A DNA stretch of 64,000 nucleotides from Planctomycetota bacterium. Lineage in GTDB: Bacteria > Planctomycetota > B15-G4 > JADJEK01. A program made the position numbers and the translations under genes. The notes under the pieces are model-generated. The model saw only the letters and a program-made list of their open reading frames with translations. It was not told the DNA's origin and ran no database searches. The stretch lies in contig JBGAIQ010000002.1 of NCBI GenBank assembly GCA_044225365.1, positions 116,451-180,450 of the forward strand, in the 5' to 3' direction. Positions 19,499 to 29,807 of the stretch are shown piece by piece (positions within the stretch are counted from its first letter, which is position 1; each line of letters begins with the position of its first letter).

Positions 19499-20077
19499 TC
19501 AGAACAGTCCGCCGAGCTTCTTGAACATGCCGCCGATCTTCTTGCCGAGGTGGATCGCGTCATTGCCGAGGTTGGTGGCGAGGTGCTTCAGCGTCTTTCC
19601 CATCGAGCGGCCCGCGGTCTTGAACACGTTTCCGATGCCCGACGCGCCGCGCCGCAGGAAACCGAGGGCACCTTCCACGCCGGAACGGATGTGACGGCCG
19701 AGGAAGTCGACGACCGTCCGCTTCAGGGCGCCAAGGACCTGTCCACCCGCGAACTTCACGGCGTGTCCAAGCGCCATTCCGAGGCGCAGGAGGTTGCTTC
19801 CGGCGGCCTTTGCGGTCGAGATCACGTCACCGACGATTCGTCCCGCGAAACCGGGTTGGCTCGCGGCGGCGGCGATCGTGGGCTCGGCCGTGAGCGCGGG
19901 CACGTCGAAGACCACCGCGTCGAACGGGCTTCCCGGGCCACGGAGTCGACTCGCGAGATCGGAAGCGATCCCGCCTGCGGCGGAATCGAGAGCCAGCGAG
20001 GACGCTCTTGAGCCGAGCGCGGTAGCGGAGGTCGCGAGGGTTCTCGAGGCGAGTTCGGGGCGGATCGAGAGGTTCAT
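19499..20077 (-). CDS. Hypothetical Gly/Ala-rich protein with a lysine-rich amphipathic C-terminus (KKIGGMFKKLGGLF)
   Basis: The ATG at 20077 begins MNLS. The third codon position is very GC-rich, consistent with genuine coding. It is convergent with the NUDIX-MBL gene. Confidence 0.5.
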   Translation of the reverse strand: MNLSIRPELASRTLATSATALGSRASSLALDSAAGGIASDLASRLRGPGSPFDAVVFDVPALTAEPTIAAAASQPGFAGRIVGDVISTAKAAGSNLLRLGMALGHAVKFAGGQVLGALKRTVVDFLGRHIRSGVEGALGFLRRGASGIGNVFKTAGRSMGKTLKHLATNLGNDAIHLGKKIGGMFKKLGGLF

Positions 20078-20264
20078 GGGACGAGTCCTTGGGATGGGGG
20101 ATGCGTGCGTCTTGTCTTCGCAGACCCGAGTCGGAGTCTTTCGGGATCTCCGACACGAAATCCCGTCGACCGGCACGATCATGGTCGAAGATCGAGCGCA
20201 TCCATCCTCGGACTCGGCGGTTCATGTTCGGGCCACAGATCCACGTCGCCCCAGGAGAGCCTCC

Positions 20265-21189
20265 ATGAAGCTCCCATCGTCGGTCCTCGCATTCGTCCTC
20301 GTCGCCCTGCCGCTTGCGCTTCCTGCCCTTTCGCAGGATGCCAAGCGCGAAGAAGCGAAGGACCCACGAACCGAGTTCTTCGCCGTCTGTCGCAGTCTCG
20401 CGGAGGCGAAGAGCTACACCGCGAAGGTGACGATCGAAGGGGAGGGGCTGCGCGCGCGAGAACAGCGACCACCGAGCCCTGCTCTTCGAATCGAGATGCA
20501 GGCCGGGCGGCCTCTCGTCGTGACGCTCGAAGGCAAGAAGCTCTCCGCGACGCTCTGGACACAGGGAGACGTCCACGTCGTGCGCGATCCGAGCGGCGAG
20601 GTGCATCCGTTGCCGTTCTTCGGCAAGAACGGTCCGGGAAGGGCCGGGGGCCGGTTGCCCCGCAGTCCGAAGCCACCTCGTGCGCAGGAGGGCTCACCTC
20701 CGACTTCGGCCGGAGAGGGTGCGCCCAACGGCTTCCTGGCGGGCAGACCGCCGCGCCCGGAGGGCGACGAACGTCCGGGCAAGCGCGGGCCTGCGGGAGC
20801 GCTCGTCGCGCGGCTCGCGCAGAACGTTCCCGTGCTCGCGCCGCACGCGCTCCTCGCCGGGATCGACGCCAAGGTCGATTCCGTCGAGAAGAAGGTCGCT
20901 GCCGACGGCTCGATCTCGTTCGTCGCGCGGTTCTCGTCCGAGGCCGCGAAGAGTCTCCTGCCGATGCCGCTCCCGCCCCGCATGGCGGAGGATGCGAAGA
21001 TCGGCGCGACCCTCGAGGTCCAAATCGATGCGGCGACGGGCTCGCCGACGCGGATCGTCCTCGTTCGAGCGTTCGAGGGGGCCGAGAGTGCGAACGAGCG
21101 CTCGATCACGGCGACGTTCGAGCTGTCCAAGGTTGGGGGCGACGAGCGTCGAACTCCCGGCCGATGTCATGAAGTACTTCGCGATATAG
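20265..21189 (+). CDS. Secreted hypothetical protein, probably frameshifted near its 3' end
   Basis: The ATG at 20265 begins MKLPSSVLAFVLVALPLALPALSQ, a signal peptide. This frame runs on to 21386, deep into cdd. Shifting one base at the G5 run (21135-21139) gives a C-terminus ...VELPADVMKYFAI* ending at 21189, 16 bp before the cdd stop. Confidence 0.45.
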
Positions 21190-21204
21190 ATTCTGCGGGC
21201 GTGA

Positions 21205-21594
21205 TCAGCGAGCGAGCGCGTCGGGGCCGAAGGACTCGGGAAGAAGCGCAGCGAGCGATGTCGTCGTGTACTGCCCCGTCGCGGTCGCGAGGTGGATCGC
21301 GACGTCCGTACCGAACTCCCGAATCACCTGACGACAGGCGCCGCACGGCGACGCGCCCGACTCGGTCGCGACGGCGACTGCCGTGACTCGGCGCTGTCCG
21401 CGCGCGACGGCGGCGAAGATCGCATTGCGCTCGGCGCAGATGGTGAGCCCGTAGGAGGCATTCTCGACGTTGCATCCCGTGGTGATCGTTCCATCGTCGG
21501 TCAGCACGGCCGCTCCGACCATGAAGTGAGAATAAGGGGCGTAGGCGAACGGGCGAGCGGCGATCGCGGAAGCGACGAGTCGAGCGGTGTCCAT
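21205..21594 (-). CDS. cdd: Cytidine deaminase
   Basis: The 129-aa product has CAERNAI and PCGACRQ zinc-binding motifs. Confidence 0.85.
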   Translation of the reverse strand: MDTARLVASAIAARPFAYAPYSHFMVGAAVLTDDGTITTGCNVENASYGLTICAERNAIFAAVARGQRRVTAVAVATESGASPCGACRQVIREFGTDVAIHLATATGQYTTTSLAALLPESFGPDALAR

Positions 21595-21934
21595 TGCCGA
21601 ATCGTAGCGGGTGGAATCGCGCGCGACCGGCGTTCGTCGCTCTCGAGTTACCGATTCGCGACGGCGTTACGGGATCGTTCGTCCCGCGGTCGTTTCTTGG
21701 GTGTCACGTCGAAACGGCGCAGGAGGCCTCCTTCGCGCCCGGATCCGGATTCCGTCCAGTTACTTTCATTGCAAGATCGATTAGAGTCTCGCGCGAAGAG
21801 TTGACCGAGGCGGCGTCCGAAGGAGTCGGATCCGCAATTGCTGCTGAGTCTGGTAGCGAACCGATTCACGGCTCGATCGATCCCCCGCAGATCCGAGCCT
21901 CGCGATCGACGAAACCGATCGCGCATCCACGCGA

Positions 21935-24145
21935 ATGCGTGAAAGTTTGGAGGGCGCCTTGGACGCGAAGCGATGGGCATCGATCTCGACGGCGGCGTGT
22001 CTCGCACTCCTGACGGCGGAAGCCTACGCGCGGCAGTGCCCGGCGATGCCGCCGCCGCCAGACACCGGCGGGGCGGGCGGACCGACGACCGGCGGGGGTG
22101 GACCTTCCAGACCGACGACCGGCGGCGGAGGCCCCGCGACGACGGGCGGTGGTTCGGGAGGTCCGACGACCGGCGGCGGTGGAAGTGGTCCTTCGACCGG
22201 TGGCGGGGGTGGGAAGACCCCGGCGACCGGAGGAGGCACGCCTCCGCAGAATCCCGGCCCTTCCGACACGCAGGGTCCACCGACGACGGGTGGCAACGGG
22301 CCGGGGCCGATCGGCGGCGGGGGACCGGCGCCGAGCAGCCCGAGCGGAGGGCCCGCTGGCGGAGGTCCGAGCACCGGGCCGACAGGCGGCGGCCCGCGAC
22401 CGGGATCCGGTCCGCAGGGGCCGACCGGCGGACCGCAACTGCCGAAGGGCGGCGCAGCGGGACTCACCGGTAAGCGCAACAAGAACACGGTCACGCTCGA
22501 CCGCTGGGATCTCTGGTGGGATCTCAACTGCGAGGGCTTCCTCGCCGCCCGCTCCGCCACCGCACCGCAGACCGCGCGCGAGCGTGGTTTCCTGGATGGC
22601 GTCGGCTTCTCCACGCAGCCTGCGGTGAACACGCGTCCGACGCGTTCGGTCGTCGTGGAGGAACTCGTTCCGGCGCTGCGCGTCGCGCTGAAGGATCGGA
22701 ACAACTACGTTCGGGCGGCGGCGGCGACCGCGCTCGGGCGTATCGCACCCACGGAACTTCGGGACGAATCGATCGAATCGCTCTCCGACGCGCTCCATAG
22801 CGAGGACGCGACGGTTCGCGATTCGGCGCTCCTCGCGATCGGATTGCTCGGTGATCGCAGCGTCGTGCGGACTCTGTGGCAGGTGATGAACGACACGCTC
22901 GAAGCGCGGGCGCTCATGAATTCGGCGGGCGGCGTTCAGGACAAGGAGCGTGCATTCGCGATCCTCGGCCTCGGCCTGCTCGGTGGTCGGGAAGCGGCCA
23001 CGCAGTTCGAGAAGCTGCTTGCGCGCAGCGCGACCAAGGACGTCGAGGTCGCGGGCGCGGCCGTGCTCGCCCTCGGGATGCTCGGTGCCGAGGCACAGGA
23101 CTTCGTTCCGAGGCTCGGCGAGATGCTCTGCGATCGATCGCTCGATCGAAGGCTGCGCGCCCAGATCCCCGTCACGCTCGCCCGCATCGGTGAACCTGCG
23201 CTGCCGGTCCTTCCGTACCTCCTCCAACTCTCCCGGGATCAGAAGGAGGACGCGCTCGTTCGGAGTTCGTGCGTGATCGGACTCGGCCGGCTCGCGGCGA
23301 CCTACGATGCAGAGATCCTCGCCGTGCTTCGCGACCTCGCTCACGAGGATCGCGACCCGATCGTTCGGCACTACGCATTGCTCGGACTTGCGCAGATCGG
23401 CGCGAGAGCGACTGATTCGACGCCGAAGGATGTGCTCGGCGGGATCGCCCGCTACCTGACCCAGGAACTCGAGAAGCCGCGCAACACGCTCGACCAGCCG
23501 TGGGCAGCGCTCGCGTGCGGCATCTTCGCCGGTTCGCTGAAGACGGTGTCGACGAGCGGCGCATTGCGACAGAACCTGGTCGAGGAGATGCGATCGACGT
23601 TTCGTTCGATCAGCAATCCGTCGACGAGCGGCGCGTTGGCCATCGGCCTCGGCCTCGCCGCGGCGAAGGACAGCACCGAGGACGTACGGGCGCGCTTCGC
23701 GAAAGAGAGCGACGATTCCCTGCGGGGTCATTTCGCGCTCGCTCTCGGACTCCTCGGCGACGACGCGTCGATCGAATCGCTGCGCAACTGTCTGAAGGAC
23801 GAGGGACGCCCGGAGCTGCGTGAATCGGCTGCGCGCGCGCTCGCACTGCTCCACGATTCGGAATCGCTCGACTCGCTGCTCTCTCGCCTCGAAGGGACGC
23901 CGACGGCGGTCGAGGCTCGCTCGCTCGCCCGCGCCGTCGCTCGGCTGAAGGACCCGGGCGCGGCGACCCGCCTCGCACGTCTCGCGGCCGATCCGAAGCG
24001 CGACTCGAGCGTGCGTTCGGCCTGCTGCGAGGCGATCGGTCTCCTCGCCGAGCGGACCGAGATTCCGTATACGGCACGCCTCACGGGCGACCTGAACGTC
24101 CATTCGGGCCTGAACGCTGCCGCGGACTTGATCGCGAAGCTGTAG
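21935..24145 (+). CDS. Secreted protein with a Gly/Thr/Pro-rich low-complexity N-terminal region followed by HEAT (PBS-lyase-like) repeats
   Basis: There is a signal peptide, then TTGGGG/PTTGGG repeats for about 130 aa. After that come repeated ...VR..A..ALG.IG... HEAT-like units extending to the C-terminus. Confidence 0.65.
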   Translation: MRESLEGALDAKRWASISTAACLALLTAEAYARQCPAMPPPPDTGGAGGPTTGGGGPSRPTTGGGGPATTGGGSGGPTTGGGGSGPSTGGGGGKTPATGGGTPPQNPGPSDTQGPPTTGGNGPGPIGGGGPAPSSPSGGPAGGGPSTGPTGGGPRPGSGPQGPTGGPQLPKGGAAGLTGKRNKNTVTLDRWDLWWDLNCEGFLAARSATAPQTARERGFLDGVGFSTQPAVNTRPTRSVVVEELVPALRVALKDRNNYVRAAAATALGRIAPTELRDESIESLSDALHSEDATVRDSALLAIGLLGDRSVVRTLWQVMNDTLEARALMNSAGGVQDKERAFAILGLGLLGGREAATQFEKLLARSATKDVEVAGAAVLALGMLGAEAQDFVPRLGEMLCDRSLDRRLRAQIPVTLARIGEPALPVLPYLLQLSRDQKEDALVRSSCVIGLGRLAATYDAEILAVLRDLAHEDRDPIVRHYALLGLAQIGARATDSTPKDVLGGIARYLTQELEKPRNTLDQPWAALACGIFAGSLKTVSTSGALRQNLVEEMRSTFRSISNPSTSGALAIGLGLAAAKDSTEDVRARFAKESDDSLRGHFALALGLLGDDASIESLRNCLKDEGRPELRESAARALALLHDSESLDSLLSRLEGTPTAVEARSLARAVARLKDPGAATRLARLAADPKRDSSVRSACCEAIGLLAERTEIPYTARLTGDLNVHSGLNAAADLIAKL
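22060..22450 (+). repeat. Imperfect coding tandem repeat (CCGACGACCGGCGGCGG... units) encoding the Gly-rich linker
   Basis: Direct reading of the nucleotide and protein sequence. Confidence 0.6.
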
Positions 24146-24228
24146 CCCTCGAGTCCGAACTTCGACCTTCGAATCGCCGCGGCTTCGTATCCCGAACCGA
24201 CGCCGCGGCGTTCTTGCAGAGGGTCGCT

Positions 24229-24543
24229 TCAGCGCACGATCTCGAATCCGAATCCACCGACGAGAGGTTCGTCGGACACTTCGATCGACGACACGTGGGA
24301 GAGAGCTGGTCCCCGGCGACACGCTTCTTCGAAGAGCGCGAGCACTTCGAAGGGTCCCTCGGCAACCGCTTCGACCGAGCCGTCGACGCGATTGCGGACG
24401 AATCCCACGAGTCCGAATGCCGCCGCCTTCGAGCGCGTCCACGCGCGATACCCGACGCCTTGAACGCGTCCGCGAATCAGGAAACGCCGGCGCACATGGG
24501 CGCGGATCGGTTCGGGTCCGTGGTCCGAGGAGTTGAATTCCAT
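24229..24543 (-). CDS. acyP: Acylphosphatase
   Basis: The Met at 24543 begins a 104-aa product. It has the GRVQGVGYR and GLVGFVRNRVDGSVE acylphosphatase signatures. Confidence 0.8.
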   Translation of the reverse strand: MEFNSSDHGPEPIRAHVRRRFLIRGRVQGVGYRAWTRSKAAAFGLVGFVRNRVDGSVEAVAEGPFEVLALFEEACRRGPALSHVSSIEVSDEPLVGGFGFEIVR

Positions 24544-24580
24544 CGCGTTGCTCCTTGTCGTCGGCGTATCTTGCCAGGAC

Positions 24581-25222
24581 ATGCCTCGATCGCCGAGCGA
24601 CACGACGAAGATCGCATTGCGACCGCTCGCGAAGGACTTCTTCGCGCGGCCGACGCTCGTGGTCGCTCCGCAATTGCTCGGCAAGATCCTCGCCACGTCC
24701 GTGCGAGGAGTCTTGACGGCCGGGCGGATCGTGGAGGTCGAGGCCTATCTCGACGAACGCGATCTCGCGAGTCACGCGGCGAAGGGTCACACGAAGCGCA
24801 ACGCGCTGATGTTCGGTCCGCCCGGTCACGCCTACGTGTATCTGATCTACGGGATGCATCACTGCGTGAACGCAGTGACCGAGGAGGCCGGTGTCGCGGG
24901 CGCGGTCCTGATCCGGGCGATCGAGCCCCTCTGCGGTGAGCGAGTCATGGCGCGCCGCCGCGCGAGGAGCGACCGACGAGAGCTCGCATCGGGTCCCGGC
25001 AAGTTGTGTCAGGCGCTGGCGATCGATCGGACGATGAACGGCGAGTCCTTGTGGGGTCCCCGCCTGTTCATCTGCGAAGGGGATTCGATCGAGGAAGGTA
25101 GGATCGTCGCGACGCCGCGAATCGGTGTCGACTACTCCGGGGTGTGGGCGAGCGAGCCGTTTCGATTCGTCGTGCGCGACGATCCCTATGCCTCGAAACG
25201 TCTGACCTCGAAGTCGAGGTGA
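24581..25222 (+). CDS. mpg: DNA-3-methyladenine glycosylase (Mpg/AAG family)
   Basis: Matching blocks include RPTLVVAPQLLGKIL, GRIVEVEAYLDE, ASHA.KG.T.RN..MFGPPGHAYVY.IYGMHHC.N and LIRAIEP. Confidence 0.8.
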   Translation: MPRSPSDTTKIALRPLAKDFFARPTLVVAPQLLGKILATSVRGVLTAGRIVEVEAYLDERDLASHAAKGHTKRNALMFGPPGHAYVYLIYGMHHCVNAVTEEAGVAGAVLIRAIEPLCGERVMARRRARSDRRELASGPGKLCQALAIDRTMNGESLWGPRLFICEGDSIEEGRIVATPRIGVDYSGVWASEPFRFVVRDDPYASKRLTSKSR

Positions 25223-25262
25223 CGGACCTGCATGGCAGGTTGCTCGATCACCGATATACTCC

Positions 25263-28200
25263 TTGCTCCGAATCGCCTTCGTCCCACACTCCAGGTGCCG
25301 GTCCCGTCGAATGTCCGTCGAATCGCTTTCACGCCCGGCGCGAATCAGGGAGGAATGCGTAGCGCGAATGCGAAGCGCGTTTTCGAGCTTCGCGTTCACC
25401 GCCCTCTTCGTCGCCGTCTCGATCGTGGTACTGCGGGCGGAAGCCGCGGACTTCTGGCTCTCCTCGTTCAAGAATCGGGTGGTATCGACGCCGACCGTCG
25501 ACGGGATCGACATCGGCGCTCGCACGGCGCTGTTCACGAGCTCCGTCGCCCTCTTCGTCGGCGCGTTCGTGCTCGTGCTCGCGCTCCTCGAACTCGGGCG
25601 AAGGGCTGTTTCCGATTCGATCTGGCGCGCGATCGAAGCGCTCTCGATCGCGGGATCGAGTCTGTGGCTCGCGCATGCCTACGCCATCGACACCGAGCCG
25701 ACGATCGTCCTCGTCATCGCGGTGCAGCTTGCCATCCTCTCGATCGGCCTCTTCGACCAATGGGTCCTGCGCCGCGGGGCGCATCCGGACACTGCGGCGT
25801 ACCTCGCGACTCTCGGTATCGCGGCCGCCGGCGTCGTGATCCTCGTCACCGACCTGGTCGACTTCGTGGCGCGACGCGACGTGCCGTGGGCGCAGTGGCA
25901 CATCGGCGTCGCCATGGTCGCACTCCACGTCTTGGTTCGTGCCTTCTCGTGGCGCCGCGACGCCGAGCGAGGATTGCGCGCCCTGAACGCCGTTGGCGGC
26001 GGCCTCCTCCTCTTCGCTTCGATCCCGTTCATCTCGTTCCTGCGGGACGAGATCTACCTCACGTTGAACAATCATGGCGTGCTGACGGTCGAGCCGCGAA
26101 CGGTCGAATACGTCCTGATCGGCTTTCTCGCGCTGTTCGTCGTCGTGAGGATCTTTCGTGACCTGCGGAGGCAGGATCCGCCGAGTCTCACCGCGAGAGT
26201 GGGTCGATTCGGCCTACCGCTCTTCCTGTTCGGTATCGCGTCCATCGCCTACTACTTCCCGCTCCATCCGCTTCCCGACAAGTTGTTCGAAGCGGCGAAT
26301 CCTGGGTTGTTCGTCCAGCAGTTCTTCGACTTCGGTCGGATCCCTTACCTCGAGACGTTCAACGCTCACGGTTTCAGCGACAGCTTCTGGAGCTTCGTGT
26401 TCCCATTGCTGCAGGGCAACCGGGACGAGGTCACCGGCTTCTACGAGTTCCTGAATCGCGCGATCGGCGCGGTCCTCGTCTACTGGCTACTGCGACGCGC
26501 CACCGGCAACCCGTATCTCGCCTGCTTCGCCGTGTTGTTCGCGCCGTTCTACGTCGACGTCTTCCCGGTGTATTGCGAGCTCGCGATCGCGTCCCTCTTC
26601 GTCCTCGAGCGCGTGCTCGCCAAGCCCTCGGCGATTCGCATCGCGGCGTTCGCGATGTACACGGTCGGCGTGTTCCACTGGCGACTCGACATGGGCGCAG
26701 CGAACCTCATCGCATCCGCGGGAGTGGTCGCGGTGACCTGGCTCACTTCGTCGCGCTCGCGTCCGCGATGGCGCGATCTCCTCGTCGGTGGCACCGCGTG
26801 CGGGTTCGTCTACGGCGTCGTGTTCCTCGGACTCGCGTGGTATCGCGGGGTCGATCCGCTCCACGTCGTCCAATCCCTGCAGCACATCGTTTCGTCGAGT
26901 CAGGGCTTCGGGCAGGCGGTCGCGAGGGAATTCGGGCCGGACGTGCGCTGGCATCTCTTCGTGCTGCCGATCGCCGTTCTCTCGATCGCCGCGATCTCGA
27001 TCTTCCTGCGCGCGACGACCCAATCCCCGACTCGCGAGCGAGCGTTCCTCATGCTCTTCCTCGCCTACGGTGCGTTCTACTACTTCGCGAACTTCCAGCG
27101 CGGACTCGTGCGTCACACCTGGATCGAGCCGGGGAACGTGTACGTCCTTTCGTTCGGATTCGTCGTTCTCGCGCTGTCGCCATATCTGCGGGCGAGCGGA
27201 TCGGAGCGCTCTCGGTGGATCGCGTTCCTCGGAATCGCAACGGTCCTGGCCGGCAGTTTCGGACTCCAGGGTCCGATCCCGGCGAGCGCAGCGAAATACA
27301 AGAACCTCTGGCAGAAGACGATCGCTCATCGGATCGAGTGGCCGCACGTCCAGTTCGCGCCGTTCCTGATCGACCGCAGCCCGAGTTCCCCCTCGCTCGA
27401 GAAGCACCACTACGGCGCGGCGCGACGATTCATCGCGTCCAATCTCACCCCGGATCAGACGTTCCTCGATCTCACGATGTCGCCGATGCTCTACGTGGTG
27501 CTGCATCGCCGCTCGCCGCACTATCTCAACCACCTGTATCTCGCCCACGACGAGTGGCTGCAGAAGAACGAGATCCCCGAGTTCGAGGAGAACGACGTAC
27601 CAGTCGTCTTCACCTGGATGGAGGAAGACCTCGCGAAGTTCGACGGGGAGGTCGCGAACCAGCACAACTTCGGAGACACGGTCCACAACAGCGTTCGGCA
27701 GTGGGTGTTCCACGAGTGGCTGAACCGGCATTACGAGCCGTGGTGCGTCGTTCAACGCTGGCAGGTGTGGCGACGCAAGAACTGGCTTGCGCCGACGCAT
27801 CCTTTCGGCGTCGACGCTGCCGAACTCGCGAAGGCGCAGCCGACGACGCGGGGTGGTGGCGTGTCGCTGCGTTCCGTGGACGGCACGAAGCCGGTCGCTC
27901 CGCTCGAACCGGGAACGGTGACGTACCTGGAGATCGACGGGAACGCGACGAAGGCTGCGCAGATCGACGTGACGCTCACGTTCGACGACGCCGCGGGCCA
28001 GCGCGGCGAATTGCGCCGTCGACTCGATGTGACTCCGGGAAGCGCGCCGCGATATTGGACCTTGCCCTTCGACCTCGAGGCGAAGTCTCTGCATTCCGTG
28101 GACGTCACGAGTGCGAGTGGATTCGAATTCTCTTCCGTCGAGCTGGAGACCGTCGTCGCGCTCGATTACTCGACGGTCCTCGATCGAGCCCGATTGCGCA

Positions 28201-28613
28201 TCTGTCCGACGCTCGGCAATGCGGCCTGGCTGTGGGCAACGGGCGACGACCGCAAGGCGATCACGCGTCCCGTGCTCCGCGAATTGCGCAAGCAACAATC
28301 CCCGGCGCAATCTCAGAACGCGGTTCGTTACTTCTTCGATCCGCTCGACGATCCGCTCGAATCCTGCTACGTCGCACTCCGCATCCGTCGATCGACGCCG
28401 AACGCTCAGATCGCAGGAGTGGTGTGGGGGATCGACGATCGGGCGATCGGTCGGATGAACTTCCAGACTGTCGGCGATGGCCCCCAGGACTACCTCGTTC
28501 GCGTGAGCAGCCAGTTCAGTTGGTCGCGAAGGCGCTGCAACTGGATCTCCGTCGTCACGACGGGCGAGAACGAGATCGAAGTCCTCGATGCCAAGATCCT
28601 CAAGGGCGACTGA
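25263..28613 (+). CDS. Large polytopic membrane protein (about 1,116 aa) with a C-terminal soluble domain. It is a possible GT-C-type glycosyltransferase.
   Basis: The N-terminal two-thirds contain many hydrophobic helices. The C-terminal roughly 400 aa are hydrophilic. It is the first gene of a glycan-type operon. The start is uncertain; alternatives are at 25311 and 25368. Confidence 0.65.
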   Translation: MLRIAFVPHSRCRSRRMSVESLSRPARIREECVARMRSAFSSFAFTALFVAVSIVVLRAEAADFWLSSFKNRVVSTPTVDGIDIGARTALFTSSVALFVGAFVLVLALLELGRRAVSDSIWRAIEALSIAGSSLWLAHAYAIDTEPTIVLVIAVQLAILSIGLFDQWVLRRGAHPDTAAYLATLGIAAAGVVILVTDLVDFVARRDVPWAQWHIGVAMVALHVLVRAFSWRRDAERGLRALNAVGGGLLLFASIPFISFLRDEIYLTLNNHGVLTVEPRTVEYVLIGFLALFVVVRIFRDLRRQDPPSLTARVGRFGLPLFLFGIASIAYYFPLHPLPDKLFEAANPGLFVQQFFDFGRIPYLETFNAHGFSDSFWSFVFPLLQGNRDEVTGFYEFLNRAIGAVLVYWLLRRATGNPYLACFAVLFAPFYVDVFPVYCELAIASLFVLERVLAKPSAIRIAAFAMYTVGVFHWRLDMGAANLIASAGVVAVTWLTSSRSRPRWRDLLVGGTACGFVYGVVFLGLAWYRGVDPLHVVQSLQHIVSSSQGFGQAVAREFGPDVRWHLFVLPIAVLSIAAISIFLRATTQSPTRERAFLMLFLAYGAFYYFANFQRGLVRHTWIEPGNVYVLSFGFVVLALSPYLRASGSERSRWIAFLGIATVLAGSFGLQGPIPASAAKYKNLWQKTIAHRIEWPHVQFAPFLIDRSPSSPSLEKHHYGAARRFIASNLTPDQTFLDLTMSPMLYVVLHRRSPHYLNHLYLAHDEWLQKNEIPEFEENDVPVVFTWMEEDLAKFDGEVANQHNFGDTVHNSVRQWVFHEWLNRHYEPWCVVQRWQVWRRKNWLAPTHPFGVDAAELAKAQPTTRGGGVSLRSVDGTKPVAPLEPGTVTYLEIDGNATKAAQIDVTLTFDDAAGQRGELRRRLDVTPGSAPRYWTLPFDLEAKSLHSVDVTSASGFEFSSVELETVVALDYSTVLDRARLRICPTLGNAAWLWATGDDRKAITRPVLRELRKQQSPAQSQNAVRYFFDPLDDPLESCYVALRIRRSTPNAQIAGVVWGIDDRAIGRMNFQTVGDGPQDYLVRVSSQFSWSRRRCNWISVVTTGENEIEVLDAKILKGD

Positions 28614-28646
28614 CGAACCGACCGATCCAACTCCCCGATCCAACGT

Positions 28647-29807
28647 ATGGGTATGCCCGAATCTCCTCCAGAGACGATCGAACTCGACTGCGCCGTCGTC
28701 GGTGGAGGCATGTTCGGCTGTTGGCTCGCCCTCTATCTCGCGCGGCGTTTCTCCGCGAAGGTCGTCGTCGTCGAGCGCGAATCGGAACTGCTCCGACGGG
28801 CGTCGTTTCGCAACCAGGCTCGCGTTCACAACGGATACCACTACCCGCGCAGCATCCTCACGGGCTTGCGATCGCGCGTGAACTCGGAGCGATTCCTGCG
28901 CGAGTACTCGGAGTGCGTCGACACCACGTTCGCGAAGTACTACGCGGTGGGTCGCGTGCGGTCGAACGTCACCGCGGCGCAGTTCGAGCGCTTCTGCGAG
29001 CGCATCGGCGCGCCGATCGAGCCCGCCGAGCCCCACGTGACCGACTGGTTCGACCCCGATCTCATCGAGAAGGTCTGGCGAGTCTCCGAGTGGGCGTTCG
29101 ACGCCGATGCGATCGCCACCCGCATGGTGCGCGACCTCGAGGTGGCGCGGGTTCCCGTGTGGTACCGGCACGAAGCATTGACCGTGACGCAGCCGGAAGG
29201 AGGCCGCGGTCTGCGGGTCGAAGTTCGCGACCTCCCGAACGACACGCGCCGCGTCGTCACCGCGCGATTCGTCTTCAACGCGACGTATTCGAACCTCAAT
29301 GGGCTGCTCACGCGATCGGAGGTCGAGAAGATCCCCTTGAAGCAGGAGGTCGCCGAGATCGCGCTCGTGAAGACGCCCCCGGAGTTCGAACGCGTGGGCG
29401 TCACGGTGATGTGCGGCCCGTTCTTCTCCTTCATGCCCTTTCCTGCGCGTCGGCTGCACTCCTTCTCGCACGTGCGCTACACCCCGCATCGCTCCTGGTA
29501 CGATCGCGACGTTCTCTTCGACAATCAGGACTATTACCGAGGCATGGCAGAGACGTCGTCGTGGCCGCAGATGCAAAAGGACTCGCAGAGGTACATGCCG
29601 GCGATCGCTGATTTCCTCCATTGCGAGTCGTTGTTCGAGCTGAAGACCGTGCTCCCGCAGAGCGAGGGCGACGACAGCCGGCCGATCCTGTTCCGTCGCC
29701 ACCCTACGCCGAAGGGCCTCGTCTCCGTTCTCGGCGGCAAGATCGACAACGTCTACGACCTCGAGCGAGAGGTCGATGCGTTGTTCGAGGAAGGGGCGCG
29801 AGCGTGA
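28647..29807 (+). CDS. FAD-dependent oxidoreductase
   Basis: The N-terminal Rossmann dinucleotide motif is AVVGGGMFGCWLALYLA (GxGxxG). Confidence 0.7.
   Translation: MGMPESPPETIELDCAVVGGGMFGCWLALYLARRFSAKVVVVERESELLRRASFRNQARVHNGYHYPRSILTGLRSRVNSERFLREYSECVDTTFAKYYAVGRVRSNVTAAQFERFCERIGAPIEPAEPHVTDWFDPDLIEKVWRVSEWAFDADAIATRMVRDLEVARVPVWYRHEALTVTQPEGGRGLRVEVRDLPNDTRRVVTARFVFNATYSNLNGLLTRSEVEKIPLKQEVAEIALVKTPPEFERVGVTVMCGPFFSFMPFPARRLHSFSHVRYTPHRSWYDRDVLFDNQDYYRGMAETSSWPQMQKDSQRYMPAIADFLHCESLFELKTVLPQSEGDDSRPILFRRHPTPKGLVSVLGGKIDNVYDLEREVDALFEEGARA

Noticed and set aside
19794-20264. Upstream extension of the secreted-protein ORF (track start 19794)
   Set aside because: The translation before MKLPSS is unstructured and overlaps the better-supported minus-strand gene 19499-20077. 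The signal peptide marks the real start at 20265.
21866-25537. 1,223-aa minus-strand ORF spanning the secreted HEAT protein, acyP and mpg
   Set aside because: It is antisense to four genes with clear family signatures. It is Arg/Ala/Pro-rich. It is the expected stop-codon-free antisense frame of a 68 % GC genome.
26487-29702. Approximately 1,000-aa ORFs (26487-29702 minus; 26573-29611 plus, other frame) overlapping the large membrane protein and FAD oxidoreductase genes
   Set aside because: These are wrong-frame or antisense artefacts. The real frame shows TM helices and a GxGxxG motif, while these frames give Arg-rich low-complexity sequence.
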